Source: Caedibacter taeniospiralis (lineage in GTDB: Bacteria > Pseudomonadota > Gammaproteobacteria > Francisellales > Francisellaceae). From it: 16,844 nucleotides of DNA. A model generated the notes under the pieces. That model worked only from the letters and a program-made list of their open reading frames with translations, was not told the DNA's origin and did not search any database. The stretch covers positions 1 through 16,844 of the forward strand of contig NZ_PGGB02000016.1 of the NCBI RefSeq assembly GCF_002803295.2. The letters run 5' to 3'. The position numbers were made by a program, and so were the translations under genes. Below, piece by piece: positions 1 to 9,369 of this stretch (its first letter is position 1; each line of letters starts with the position of its first letter).

Positions 1-160
1 GCTGAGAATGTTCGGTACAGGTGCCCAGGTAGTGGGTTTTTGAAGATGTTTAAAGGATATAAGATGTAGATACTTGAATACTTTGAGCGAAGAATATTGC
101 GGATTGTAGTCACTGTGTTAGTTTTGAATTTTAAATGTTTAATTGTGTGTTGAGTTATTT

Positions 161-192
161 TAAATTTAACATTCATAATTAAACATTCAAAA
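161..192 (+). promoter_or_regulatory. Candidate 5' arm of the 16S precursor processing stem
   Basis: TAAATTTAACATTCATAATTAAACATTCAAAA is substantially complementary to GTTGAATTTTTAATGTTGAATGTTGAATTTTT at about 1874-1905, downstream of 16S. This matches the expected RNase III stem arrangement. Confidence 0.45.
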
Positions 193-222
193 TTGATATA
201 AGTGGTTATGATCTAAGGATTT

Positions 223-1858
<1,636 letters not shown>

Positions 1859-1975
1859 AAGGTACGAGTATGATGTTGAATTTTTAATGTTGAATGTTGA
1901 ATTTTTGATGTTTGAAGTACGAAAGAAATTAAGAAAGAGCGAGAAGTATTTGAGTGTTTACAAATGATGTTTTTT

Positions 1976-2088
1976 CTAGAGACTAGAAACTAGAGACTAG
2001 AAACTAGAAACTAGAAACTAGAGACTAGAGACTAGAGACTAGAAACTAGAATACTTCTAGAAACTAGTCTCTAGTCTCTAGTATCTAG
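1976..2088 (+). repeat. CTAG-heptad array in the 16S-tRNA-Ile spacer
   Basis: The left arm is about 10 tandem CTAGAGA/CTAGAAA heptads. It is followed by AATACTT and a shorter inverted right arm CTAGAAACTAGTCTCTAGTCTCTAGTATCTAG. Confidence 0.93.
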
Positions 2089-2089
2089 T

Positions 2090-2166
<77 letters not shown>

Positions 2167-2308
2167 TCTAGAGACTAGTGTCAAGAGACTAGAAACTAGG
2201 GATTGAATCTTGCTGTGCGAGATGATTTTTTAAATGAATCATCGCGAAGCGATTCGAGTCTGGTTTCTAGTTTCTAGAGTAAGCGCAGCGAGCGTTCTAG
2301 TATCTAGA
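2167..2308 (+). repeat. 142-bp palindromic element copy between tRNA-Ile and tRNA-Ala
   Basis: TCTAGAGACTAGTGTCAAGAGACTAGAAACTAGGGATTGAATCTTGCTGTGCGAGATGATTTTTTAAATGAATCATCGCGAAGCGATTCGAG...CTAGTATCTAGA. It is identical to 2385-2526. Confidence 0.95.
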
Positions 2309-2384
2309 GGGGCCATAGCTCAGCTGGGAGAGCGCCTGCTTTGCACGCAGGAGGTCAGGAGTTCGATCCTCCTTGGCTCCACCA
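2309..2384 (+). tRNA. tRNA-Ala (anticodon TGC)
   Basis: GGGGCCATAGCTCAGCTGGGAGAGCGCCTGCTTTGCACGCAGGAGGTCAGGAGTTCGATCCTCCTTGGCTCCACCA. Confidence 0.98.
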
Positions 2385-2526
2385 TCTAGAGACTAGTGTC
2401 AAGAGACTAGAAACTAGGGATTGAATCTTGCTGTGCGAGATGATTTTTTAAATGAATCATCGCGAAGCGATTCGAGTCTGGTTTCTAGTTTCTAGAGTAA
2501 GCGCAGCGAGCGTTCTAGTATCTAGA
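2385..2526 (+). repeat. 142-bp palindromic element copy between tRNA-Ala and 23S
   Basis: By eye it is identical to 2167-2308 over 142 nt. Confidence 0.95.
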
Positions 2527-2532
2527 GCCGAG

Positions 2533-2565
2533 ATCTTTAACAATTTATTATAGAGTAATGACCAA
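2533..2565 (+). promoter_or_regulatory. 5' arm of the 23S precursor processing stem
   Basis: ATCTTTAACAATTTATTATAGAGTAATGACCAAG is nearly fully complementary to CTTGGTTATTACTCTATGATAGATTGTTAGAG (about 6618-6649). Confidence 0.7.
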
Positions 2566-2727
2566 GAGAATAAGCGCAAACGGCGGATGCCTTGGCAGTC
2601 AGAGGCGAGGAAAGACGTGATAGCCTGCGAAAAGCTTCGGGGAGCTGGCAAATAAGCATTGATCCGAAGATATCTGAATGGGGGAACCCACCTCACTCAT
2701 AAAGTGCTCAGCACTTTATTCATTTCG

Positions 2728-2760
2728 AGAAACTAGAGATTGGAAACTAGAAACTAGAGT
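2728..2760 (+). repeat. Partial, one-sided CTAG-heptad tract near 23S helix 9
   Basis: CGAGAAACTAGAGATTGGAAACTAGAAACTAGAG lies between CCTCACTCA and TGAGTAGAGG. There is no matching inverted heptad arm. Confidence 0.7.
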
Positions 2761-2834
2761 GAGTAGAGGGTGTAATTTGTGCATGAATGAGTATTTTAAG
2801 AGTGGGGTATCACTGACGTAAGTTAAGTGAGGCG

Positions 2835-2865
<31 letters not shown>

Positions 2866-3197
2866 TAGGAAAAGAAATCAACCGAGATTCCCTAAGTAGC
2901 GGCGAGCGAAGGGGGAAGAGCCTGGTATACTTTAGCATGTGAGTTAGTCGAACATTCTGGGAAGGATGACCATAGCAGGTGATAGTCCTGTAGACGAAAG
3001 CTTGGATGTGGAACTAGGTATACGAATAAGTAGGGCGGGACACGAGAAATCCTGTTTGAAGAAGGGGGGACCATCCTCCAAGGCTAAATACTACTGACTG
3101 ACCGATAGTGAACCAGTACCGTGAGGGAAAGGCGAAAAGAACCCCGATGAGGGGAGTGAAATAGAACCTGAAACCGTTTGCGTACAAGCAGTCAGAG

Positions 3198-3342
3198 CTA
3201 GAAACTAGAGACTAGAAACTAGAGACTAGAGATTAGGGGTTGAAGCGCTTCGCGATGATTAATTTACAAAAATAAATCATCTTGCAAAGCAAGATACGAC
3301 TCCTGGTTTCTAGTCTCTAGTTTCTAGTTTCTAGGAGACTAG
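3198..3342 (+). repeat. Palindromic CTAG-heptad element in 23S helix 25
   Basis: Interrupts ...CGTACAAGCAGTCAGAG | CTAGAAACTAGAGACTAG ... CTAGTCTCTAGTTTCTAGTTTCTAGGAGACTAG | TGATGGCGTACCTTTTGTATAATGGG. The core TTGAAGCGCTTCGCGATGATTAATTT...AAATCATCTTGCAAAGCAAG contains two mini-hairpins. Confidence 0.92.
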
Positions 3343-3762
3343 TGATGGCGTACCTTTTGTATAATGGGTCAGCGAGTTACTTTTAGTGGCGAGGATAACT
3401 GAATAAGGGATCCGTAGCGAAAGCGAGTTTTAATAGAGCGGACAGTCGCTAGGAGTAGACCCGAAACCGACGCGATCTATCCATGACCAGGTTGAAGGTT
3501 GGGTAACACCAACTGGAGGACCGAACCCGGTAATGTTGCAAAATTATGGGATGAGTTGTGGATCGGAGTGAAAGGCTAATCAAGCGCGGAGATAGCTGGT
3601 TCTCCCCGAAAACTATTTAGGTAGTGCCTTGTGAATGACTCGTTGGGGTAAAGCACTGTTTCGACTAGGGGGATTTTGCGATCTTACCGACTCGATGCAA
3701 ACTTAGAATACGACGAAGTTGAATCACGGGAGACACACGGCGGGTGCTAAGGTCCGTCGTGG

Positions 3763-3800
<38 letters not shown>

Positions 3801-3835
3801 GTTATCGCTAAGTGGGAAACGATGTGGGAAGGCAT

Positions 3836-3899
<64 letters not shown>

Positions 3900-3953
3900 G
3901 AGTCGGCCTGCGCGAAAGATTTAACGGGGCTAAGCGATACACCGAAGCTGCGG

Positions 3954-4389
3954 GACTAGAGACTAGAGACTAGAAACTGGAGACTAGAGGAGATAAGATG
4001 CCGTATCACAATTTATCAGTATATCAGAAGGCATATCAGTTAGCGCTGGAGCTACACGTGGAGAGTATGAAGTGGCCGCGGATAGAACAGTGTGAGATTG
4101 GGAGTCAATTAAGGCGAGCGAGCAAATCCATATGTGCGAACATAGCGGAAGGGATGGGCAAGCAAGCGAGTGAAAAGGAAGTAAGAAGGTTTGTTCAGAT
4201 AGCGATAGGCTCTTGCGATGAATGCCGGGTGTGGCTGGATTTTGCAAGGGACTTAGGGTATATCGATCAGGAGAGTCATAGGGGCTACGATGAGAGGTAT
4301 TGCGAAGTTGGGCGAATGTTAAGAGGTATACAGAGAAGATATAGCTGATGTCTATTCTAGTATCTAGTTTCTAGTATCTAGTTTCTAGT
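3954..4389 (+). mobile_element. 23S helix 45 intervening sequence (IVS) with CTAG-heptad ends and an S23/IVP ORF
   Basis: Sits between conserved ACCGAAGCTGCGG and GGTAGGGGAGCGTTCTGTAAGC. The ends are GACTAGAGACTAGAGACTAGAAACTGGAGACTAGAGGAG and CTAGTATCTAGTTTCTAGTATCTAGTTTCTAGTC. Confidence 0.92.
3998..4348 (+). CDS. 23S rRNA intervening sequence protein, four-helix bundle (S23/IVP family)
   Basis: 116 aa, MPYHNLSVYQKAYQLALELHVESMKWPRIEQCEIGSQLRRASKSICANIAEGMGKQASEKEVRRFVQIAIGSCDECRVWLDFARDLGYI. It has the family-typical S.QLRRAS.SI.ANIAEG motif. The SD-like GAGGAG is 5-6 nt upstream of the ATG. Confidence 0.93.
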   Translation: MPYHNLSVYQKAYQLALELHVESMKWPRIEQCEIGSQLRRASKSICANIAEGMGKQASEKEVRRFVQIAIGSCDECRVWLDFARDLGYIDQESHRGYDERYCEVGRMLRGIQRRYS

Positions 4390-4942
4390 CGGTAGGGGAG
4401 CGTTCTGTAAGCTTATGAAGGTGCATTGAGAAGTGTGCTGGAGGTATCAGAAGTGCGAATGCTGACATGAGTAACGATAAATAAGTGAGATTCTTATTGG
4501 CCGAAAACCCAAGGTTTCCTACGCAATGTTAATCAACGTAGGGTAAGTCGGCGCCTAAGGCGAATCCGAAGGGAGTAGTCGATGGGAAACAGGTTAATAT
4601 TCCTGTACCGATGGTAGTTGCGATGGAGAGACGGAGAAAGCTAGGTCTGCCTGGCGGATGGTAGTCCAGGTGAAAGCGTGTAGGTAGTGCACTTAGGCAA
4701 ATCCGGGTGTATGATGATCTGAGGCGTGAGAGGGAACAGGGCTCTACGGGGTTCTGCCAAGAGATTGATGCTCGGCTTCCAGGAAAAGCTTCTAAGCATA
4801 AATTACCATTGACCGTACTGTAAACCGACACTGGTGGGTGGGTAGAGAATACCAAGGCGATGAGAGAACCCAGGTGAAGGAACTAGGCAAAATGACACCG
4901 TAACTTCGGGAGAAGGTGTGCCTCATTAGGGTGAAGGACTTG

Positions 4943-5042
4943 CCTGACCACTAAATTCTATGATGGATGAAAGCTGTTGAGAGTTGTAGAGATAGACAAT
5001 TTGTTGATAGCCTGTTGTAGGACGTGGAATTTAGTGGTCAGG
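4943..5042 (+). repeat. Stem-forming insertion near 23S helix 63, with no CTAG heptads and no ORF
   Basis: CCTGACCACTAAATTC (4943-4958) and GAATTTAGTGGTCAGG (5027-5042) form a perfect 16-bp inverted repeat around 68 nt. Confidence 0.75.
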
Positions 5043-5182
5043 TGAACGTCTGGAGCGTGAAGAGGTTGCAAATACCAGGTGGCTGCGACTGTTTACTAAA
5101 AACACAGCACTCTGCGAACTCGGAAGAGGAAGTATAGGGTGTGACGCCTGCCCGGTGCTGGAAGGTTAATTGAAGGGGTTAT

Positions 5183-5483
5183 CCTACCACTTAATTATTT
5201 TGGAGTTTGATATGTATTGTGTATACGTGATTTATTCGAAAGAATTAGATAGTTTTTACTTGTGGGTTATAGTGAAAACCTAAGGAAAAGGATTGATTCG
5301 CATAAGTCGGGTAGAAGTAGATATACAAGCCGAACGAGAGATTGGATTCTTGTCTACTACGAAGCTTACGCAAGTGAAAAGCTTGCTAGGTTAAGAGAAG
5401 CTAAATTAAAGCGAGCGAATCGAATGAGGAGTTTGTTGTATAAAGGCTTAAGAGAAGAAATATCAGAGTAATTAAGTGGTAGG
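5183..5483 (+). mobile_element. Intervening sequence near the tip of 23S helix 68, carrying a GIY-YIG-like ORF
   Basis: CCTACCACTTAATTA (5183-5197) and TAATTAAGTGGTAGG (5469-5483) form a perfect 15-bp inverted repeat. They replace the short GCGCAAGC-type loop between GGAAGGTTAATTGAAGGGGTTA and GAAGCTCTGGATCGAAGCCCC. Confidence 0.88.
5212..5471 (+). pseudogene. GIY-YIG nuclease-domain protein (small YhbQ/UvrC-like), apparently frameshifted
   Basis: Frame A from the ATG at 5212 reads MYCVYVIYSKELDSFYLWVIVKT* and supplies the GIY-like part. Frame B (5262-5471) reads VGYSENLRKRIDSHKSGRSRYTSRTRDWILVYYEAYASEKLARLREAKLKRANRMRSLLYKGLREEISE and supplies the YIG-like part onward. A shift around TTTTACTTGTGGG (5255-5265) separates them. 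The SD-like GGAG at 5202-5205 precedes the frame A ATG. Confidence 0.82.
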
Positions 5484-5506
5484 AGAAGCTCTGGATCGAA
5501 GCCCCA

Positions 5507-5588
<82 letters not shown>

Positions 5589-6007
5589 CGATGGCCACAC
5601 TGTCTCCATCTGGGACTCAGTGAAATTGAAATCGCTGTGAAGATGCAGCGTACCCGCGGTTAGACGGAAAGACCCCGTGAACCTTTACTATAGCTTTGCA
5701 CTGGACTTTGAGAATATTTGTGTAGGATAGGTGGGAGACTAAGAGATTCGTACGCTAGTATGGAAGGAGTCGACGTTGAAATACCACCCTGATATTTTTG
5801 GAGTTCTAACTCAGACGAGAGTCGAGGACAGTGTATGGTGGGTAGTTTGACTGGGGCGGTCTCCTCCTAAAGAGTAACGGAGGAGTACGAAGGTGCACTC
5901 GGCGCGGTCGGAAATCGCGCCAAGAGTATAAAGGCAAAAGTGCGCTTAACTGAGAGAGTGACGGCTCGATCAGGTACGAAAGTAGGTCTTAGTGATCCGG
6001 TGGTTCT

Positions 6008-6063
<56 letters not shown>

Positions 6064-6089
6064 TCCTCCCAAGAGTTCATATCGACGGA

Positions 6090-6170
<81 letters not shown>

Positions 6171-6338
6171 TGGTACGCGAGCTGGGTTTAGAACGTCGTG
6201 AGACAGTTCGGTCCCTATCTGCCGTGGGCGTAGGAGATTTGAGAGGGTTTGTTCCTAGTACGAGAGGACCGGAATGAACGAACCGCTGGTGTTTGGGTTG
6301 TCTCGCCAGAGGCATAGCCCAGTAGCTACGTTCGGAAT

Positions 6339-6371
<33 letters not shown>

Positions 6372-6394
6372 AGCCTCAAGATGAGATCTCCCGT

Positions 6395-6526
6395 CTAGAG
6401 ACTAGAAACTAGAGACTAGAAACTAGGAGTTGAGTCTTGCTTTGCAAGATGGGTTGTTTTTTATAAATCAATTCATCGCGAAGCGATTCAAGCTCTAGTT
6501 TCTAGTCTCTAGTTTCTAGTCTCTAG
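6395..6526 (+). repeat. Palindromic CTAG-heptad element in 23S helix 98
   Basis: The arms 6395-6426 and 6495-6526 are perfect 32-nt reverse complements (CTAGAGACTAGAAACTAGAGACTAGAAACTAG). The core has CTTGCTTTGCAAG and TCGCGAAGCGA mini-hairpins. Confidence 0.93.
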
Positions 6527-6663
6527 CTTAAGGGTTGTTGAAGACTACGACGTTGATAGGCTGGCTGTAGAAGTGCAGTAATGTATGAAGCTAACCAGTA
6601 CTAATTGCCCGAGAGACTTGGTTATTACTCTATGATAGATTGTTAGAGCTTTCTGCTCGCAGG

Positions 6664-6783
6664 TTACCTGATGAAAATAGCGACTGTGAACCACCTGATT
6701 CCATTCCGAACTCAGAAGTGAAAACAGTTAGCGTCGATGATAGTGTGGCATTCGCCATGTGAAAGTAGAACATCATCAGGTAT
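6664..6783 (+). rRNA. rrf: 5S ribosomal RNA
   Basis: ACCTGATG...CCACCTGATTCCATTCCGAACTCAGAAGTGAAA...CATCATCAGGT, with terminal stem pairing. Confidence 0.93.
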
Positions 6784-6792
6784 TTTATTTGA

Positions 6793-6816
6793 AAGGCACC
6801 TCAGGGTGCCTTTTTT
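6793..6816 (+). terminator. Rho-independent terminator of the rRNA operon
   Basis: AAGGCACC TCAG GGTGCC TTTTTT. Confidence 0.9.
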
Positions 6817-7031
6817 CGTTTCTGTAACTTGAGAATTGTCTTTTGTTCTATGATCTCATCTGTGAATCTGGGACATACTCTTTGCATTATCGACTGAGGA
6901 TGTTGTAACATTGACCCTTAAGTTGCGTAATCGGTTTTTGCTTTCATTAGCTTCGGTTGCTAAATACTGAATCCTGAATCCTTTGCTACTCAATGTAGTA
7001 AGTAAAAGAACAACATAAAAGCGGAGTATTG

Positions 7032-7649
7032 ATGTCACCAGAGCATATCGCACTTATTCAACAATGGGGGTATTGGCTGATGTTTGGCGCAGCCATTATT
7101 GAGGGTGAAACTTTTTTGGTGTTGGGTGGTGTGGCTGCATCTGCTGGGATGCTTGATTTAGGGTGGATTATTTTACTGTCAATCATTGGATGTTTGCTTC
7201 ATGATAGTGTTTTATTTTATTTAGGGCGTTATATTGGCCCAAAAATACTAATACGCAAACCTAATTGGCAACCTATGGTTGATCGAATTAGTGTGATGAT
7301 TGATAAATATAATTTCTGGCTCATTCTTGGGTTTCGCTTTGCCTATGGTTTGAGAACAATTATTCCTTTTGCCTTGGGGATGAGTAAGATTTCTAATATG
7401 AAATTTTTCATTTTTGATACGTTTGGGGCAGTTGTCTGGGTGTTGGTTTTTCTGCTTGGTGGGTATTATTTTGGGAGTGTGCTTGAAATTGTCTTGCATA
7501 AGTTGGCACTCACACACTTAGCTAGAAAACACTGGGTTATTTCAATTATTGTTTTGTTTAGTATAATCTTTGCCATCAGTTTCTTGTTCGTGAGATTGTG
7601 GAAAAGACAAGCACGAAAGAGACAACTTAAGACCGAGCTGGAAGTGTAA
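7032..7649 (+). CDS. DedA family (VTT/SNARE-associated domain) membrane protein
   Basis: MSPEHIALIQQWGYWLMFGAAIIEGETFLVLGGVAASAGMLDLGWIILLSIIGCLLHDSVLFYLGRYIG...FWLILGFRFAYGLRTIIPFALGMSKISNMKFFIFDTFGAVVWV is typical of DedA. The track starts at TTG 7029; ATG 7032 fits the GGAG SD. Confidence 0.88.
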   Translation: MSPEHIALIQQWGYWLMFGAAIIEGETFLVLGGVAASAGMLDLGWIILLSIIGCLLHDSVLFYLGRYIGPKILIRKPNWQPMVDRISVMIDKYNFWLILGFRFAYGLRTIIPFALGMSKISNMKFFIFDTFGAVVWVLVFLLGGYYFGSVLEIVLHKLALTHLARKHWVISIIVLFSIIFAISFLFVRLWKRQARKRQLKTELEV

Positions 7650-7650
7650 C

Positions 7651-7959
7651 ATGTCGGATATTCAAATCCATTTGGATTCTAAACAAGTCGGATTGGAGAA
7701 GTATTTACCGTTTGTCAAACAAGGTGCTTTAATGACGAGCATTGATCAGCCATTAAAGTTTGGTGAGGAGCACAGGCTAACGGTTAAATTGCCAGAGTTA
7801 AAGCAGGAGATTTCCTGTGATGTGCGTGTTGTCTGGATAAGCGGTGATGGTCATCAGGAAAAGAAAAAATATGGGCTTCAGTTTTTGGGCGATGAAGGGT
7901 TTGAACTAAATCAGGTATTAGAAAATTATCTGGTTGGGTTGCTAAAACATAATGAATAG
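7651..7959 (+). CDS. PilZ domain-containing protein
   Basis: 102 aa; ...LTVKLPELKQEISCDVRVVWISGDGHQEKKKYGLQFLGDEG resembles PilZ (D/NxSxxG-less short variants). It starts 1 nt after the dedA stop. Confidence 0.6.
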   Translation: MSDIQIHLDSKQVGLEKYLPFVKQGALMTSIDQPLKFGEEHRLTVKLPELKQEISCDVRVVWISGDGHQEKKKYGLQFLGDEGFELNQVLENYLVGLLKHNE

Positions 7960-7988
7960 CAGTCATTGCGGCAAGGGAATATAAAAAA

Positions 7989-9347
7989 ATGGCAAAAGCG
8001 AAAACAAATTATGTTTGTCAATCCTGTGGGGCGGTGTCACCAAAATGGCAGGGTCAGTGCTCTGATTGCCTCGAGTGGAATACTTTGATTGAAACCCAGC
8101 TCAATCTCATAAAGTCGCAAAGCACTAAGGTTGGTTATGCAGCGGTGGAGGCGAAAGTCCAAAGGCTCAATGAGGTTTCATTAGCTGAATATCCCCGCAT
8201 TCACTCTCCTTTTGATGAATTTGATCGAGTGATGGGAGGCGGTATTGTGCCAGGTTCCGTCACTCTTATCGGTGGAGATCCAGGGATAGGTAAGTCTTCA
8301 ATTTTATTGCAGATTATGACGGTTCTATCTTTAAAATACAGTGCGCTTTACATTACAGGCGAGGAATCACTAGAGCAGGTGGCATTAAGGGCCAGGCGAA
8401 TGCAGTTGCCAAATGAACATCTTTTACTAATGAGTGAAACCAATGTTGGCGCAATATGCAGGTATATTGAAACCCATCGCCCGCAACTTGTCGTGGTTGA
8501 CTCCATTCAAACGATGCAAATCGAAGATTTACAATCTGCGCCAGGCGGTGTGGCACAAGTTAGAGAATCTGCAAGTTTATTGACGCAAACAGCAAAGCAT
8601 TTAAACTGTGCAGTATTTCTAGTAGGACATGTCACTAAATCTGGTGAAGTGGCAGGACCTCGCGTCCTTGAACATATTGTTGATAGTGTGGTCTTTATCG
8701 AAGGACAGACCGATGGGCGCTATCGGATGGTCAGAGCAATGAAAAATCGCTTTGGAGCGGTGAATGAGCTGGGTGTGTTTGCGATGACGGATAAGGGCAT
8801 GCGTGAAATAAAAAACCCTTCTGCTATTTTTTTGAATCGCGCCGAAGATGATATTTCTGGGAGTGTGATCATTGCTATATGGGAGGGTACAAGACCCATT
8901 CTTGTGGAAGTTCAGGCGTTAGTCAGTGAAAATGGATATGGTCAGCCCAGACGTTTGGCACTTGGTTTGGATCCAAATCGTGTGTCTATGCTTTTAGCAA
9001 TTATGCAGCGTCATTTAAGTGTGCAACTTGGAAATTATGATGTTTTTATCAACATCGTAGGCGGGATTAAGGTCAATGAAACCAGCATTGATTTGGCTAT
9101 TATTGCAGTTATCCTGTCAAGTCTATATAACCGACCGATTGCAAAAGACTGGATTATTGTGGGTGAGGTTGGTTTATCTGGTGAAATTCGTCCAGTGCCT
9201 TACGGTCAAGAGCGATTGCTCGAGGCGCAAAAGCATGGCTTCAAACAGGCGATCGTGCCTTACAGTAATTTACCGAAAAAAGATATTGGGATGAAGGTTC
9301 ATGCGATTAAAAAGCTTAATGAATTAAAAGAAATGATTGCACATTAG
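7989..9347 (+). CDS. radA: DNA repair protein RadA/Sms
   Basis: The N-terminal zinc finger is YVCQSCGAVSPKWQGQCSDCLEWNTL. Walker A is GGDPGIGKSSILLQ, followed by the KNRFG motif (RAMKNRFGAVNELGVFAM) and a C-terminal Lon-like domain. Confidence 0.97.
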   Translation: MAKAKTNYVCQSCGAVSPKWQGQCSDCLEWNTLIETQLNLIKSQSTKVGYAAVEAKVQRLNEVSLAEYPRIHSPFDEFDRVMGGGIVPGSVTLIGGDPGIGKSSILLQIMTVLSLKYSALYITGEESLEQVALRARRMQLPNEHLLLMSETNVGAICRYIETHRPQLVVVDSIQTMQIEDLQSAPGGVAQVRESASLLTQTAKHLNCAVFLVGHVTKSGEVAGPRVLEHIVDSVVFIEGQTDGRYRMVRAMKNRFGAVNELGVFAMTDKGMREIKNPSAIFLNRAEDDISGSVIIAIWEGTRPILVEVQALVSENGYGQPRRLALGLDPNRVSMLLAIMQRHLSVQLGNYDVFINIVGGIKVNETSIDLAIIAVILSSLYNRPIAKDWIIVGEVGLSGEIRPVPYGQERLLEAQKHGFKQAIVPYSNLPKKDIGMKVHAIKKLNELKEMIAH

Positions 9348-9369
9348 TGCCATTAATTAGTGACTCCAG

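Noticed and set aside
1-222. rRNA operon promoter candidates in the leader (e.g. TTGAGT ... CATAAT around 150-178)
   Set aside because: The region is AT-rich and many hexamers fit loosely. It also overlaps the putative 16S processing stem, so no specific promoter can be supported.
1976-2088. Possible CRISPR array
   Set aside because: The repeat unit is 7 bp, in contiguous tandem and inverted orientation, with no unique spacers and no cas genes.
2167-2526. Insertion sequences (IS) in the tRNA spacers
   Set aside because: The elements are 142 bp, have no transposase and show no obvious target-site duplication. A MITE-like or structured RNA repeat description fits better.
3984-4247. Minus-strand ORF opposite the S23 gene
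   Set aside because: It is the shadow of the genuine S23/IVP coding frame on the plus strand.
5183-5483. Group I or group II intron at the helix 68 site
   Set aside because: The insert is about 300 nt and almost wholly coding plus a 15-bp inverted repeat. There is no room for an intron catalytic core, and the site is close to but not at the H69 positions typical of homing introns.
7248-9294. Shadow ORFs 7248..7517, 7784..7966 and 8353..8556 on the minus strand, and 9076..9294 in another plus-strand frame
   Set aside because: They overlap the well-supported DedA, PilZ and RadA genes and carry no independent motif.
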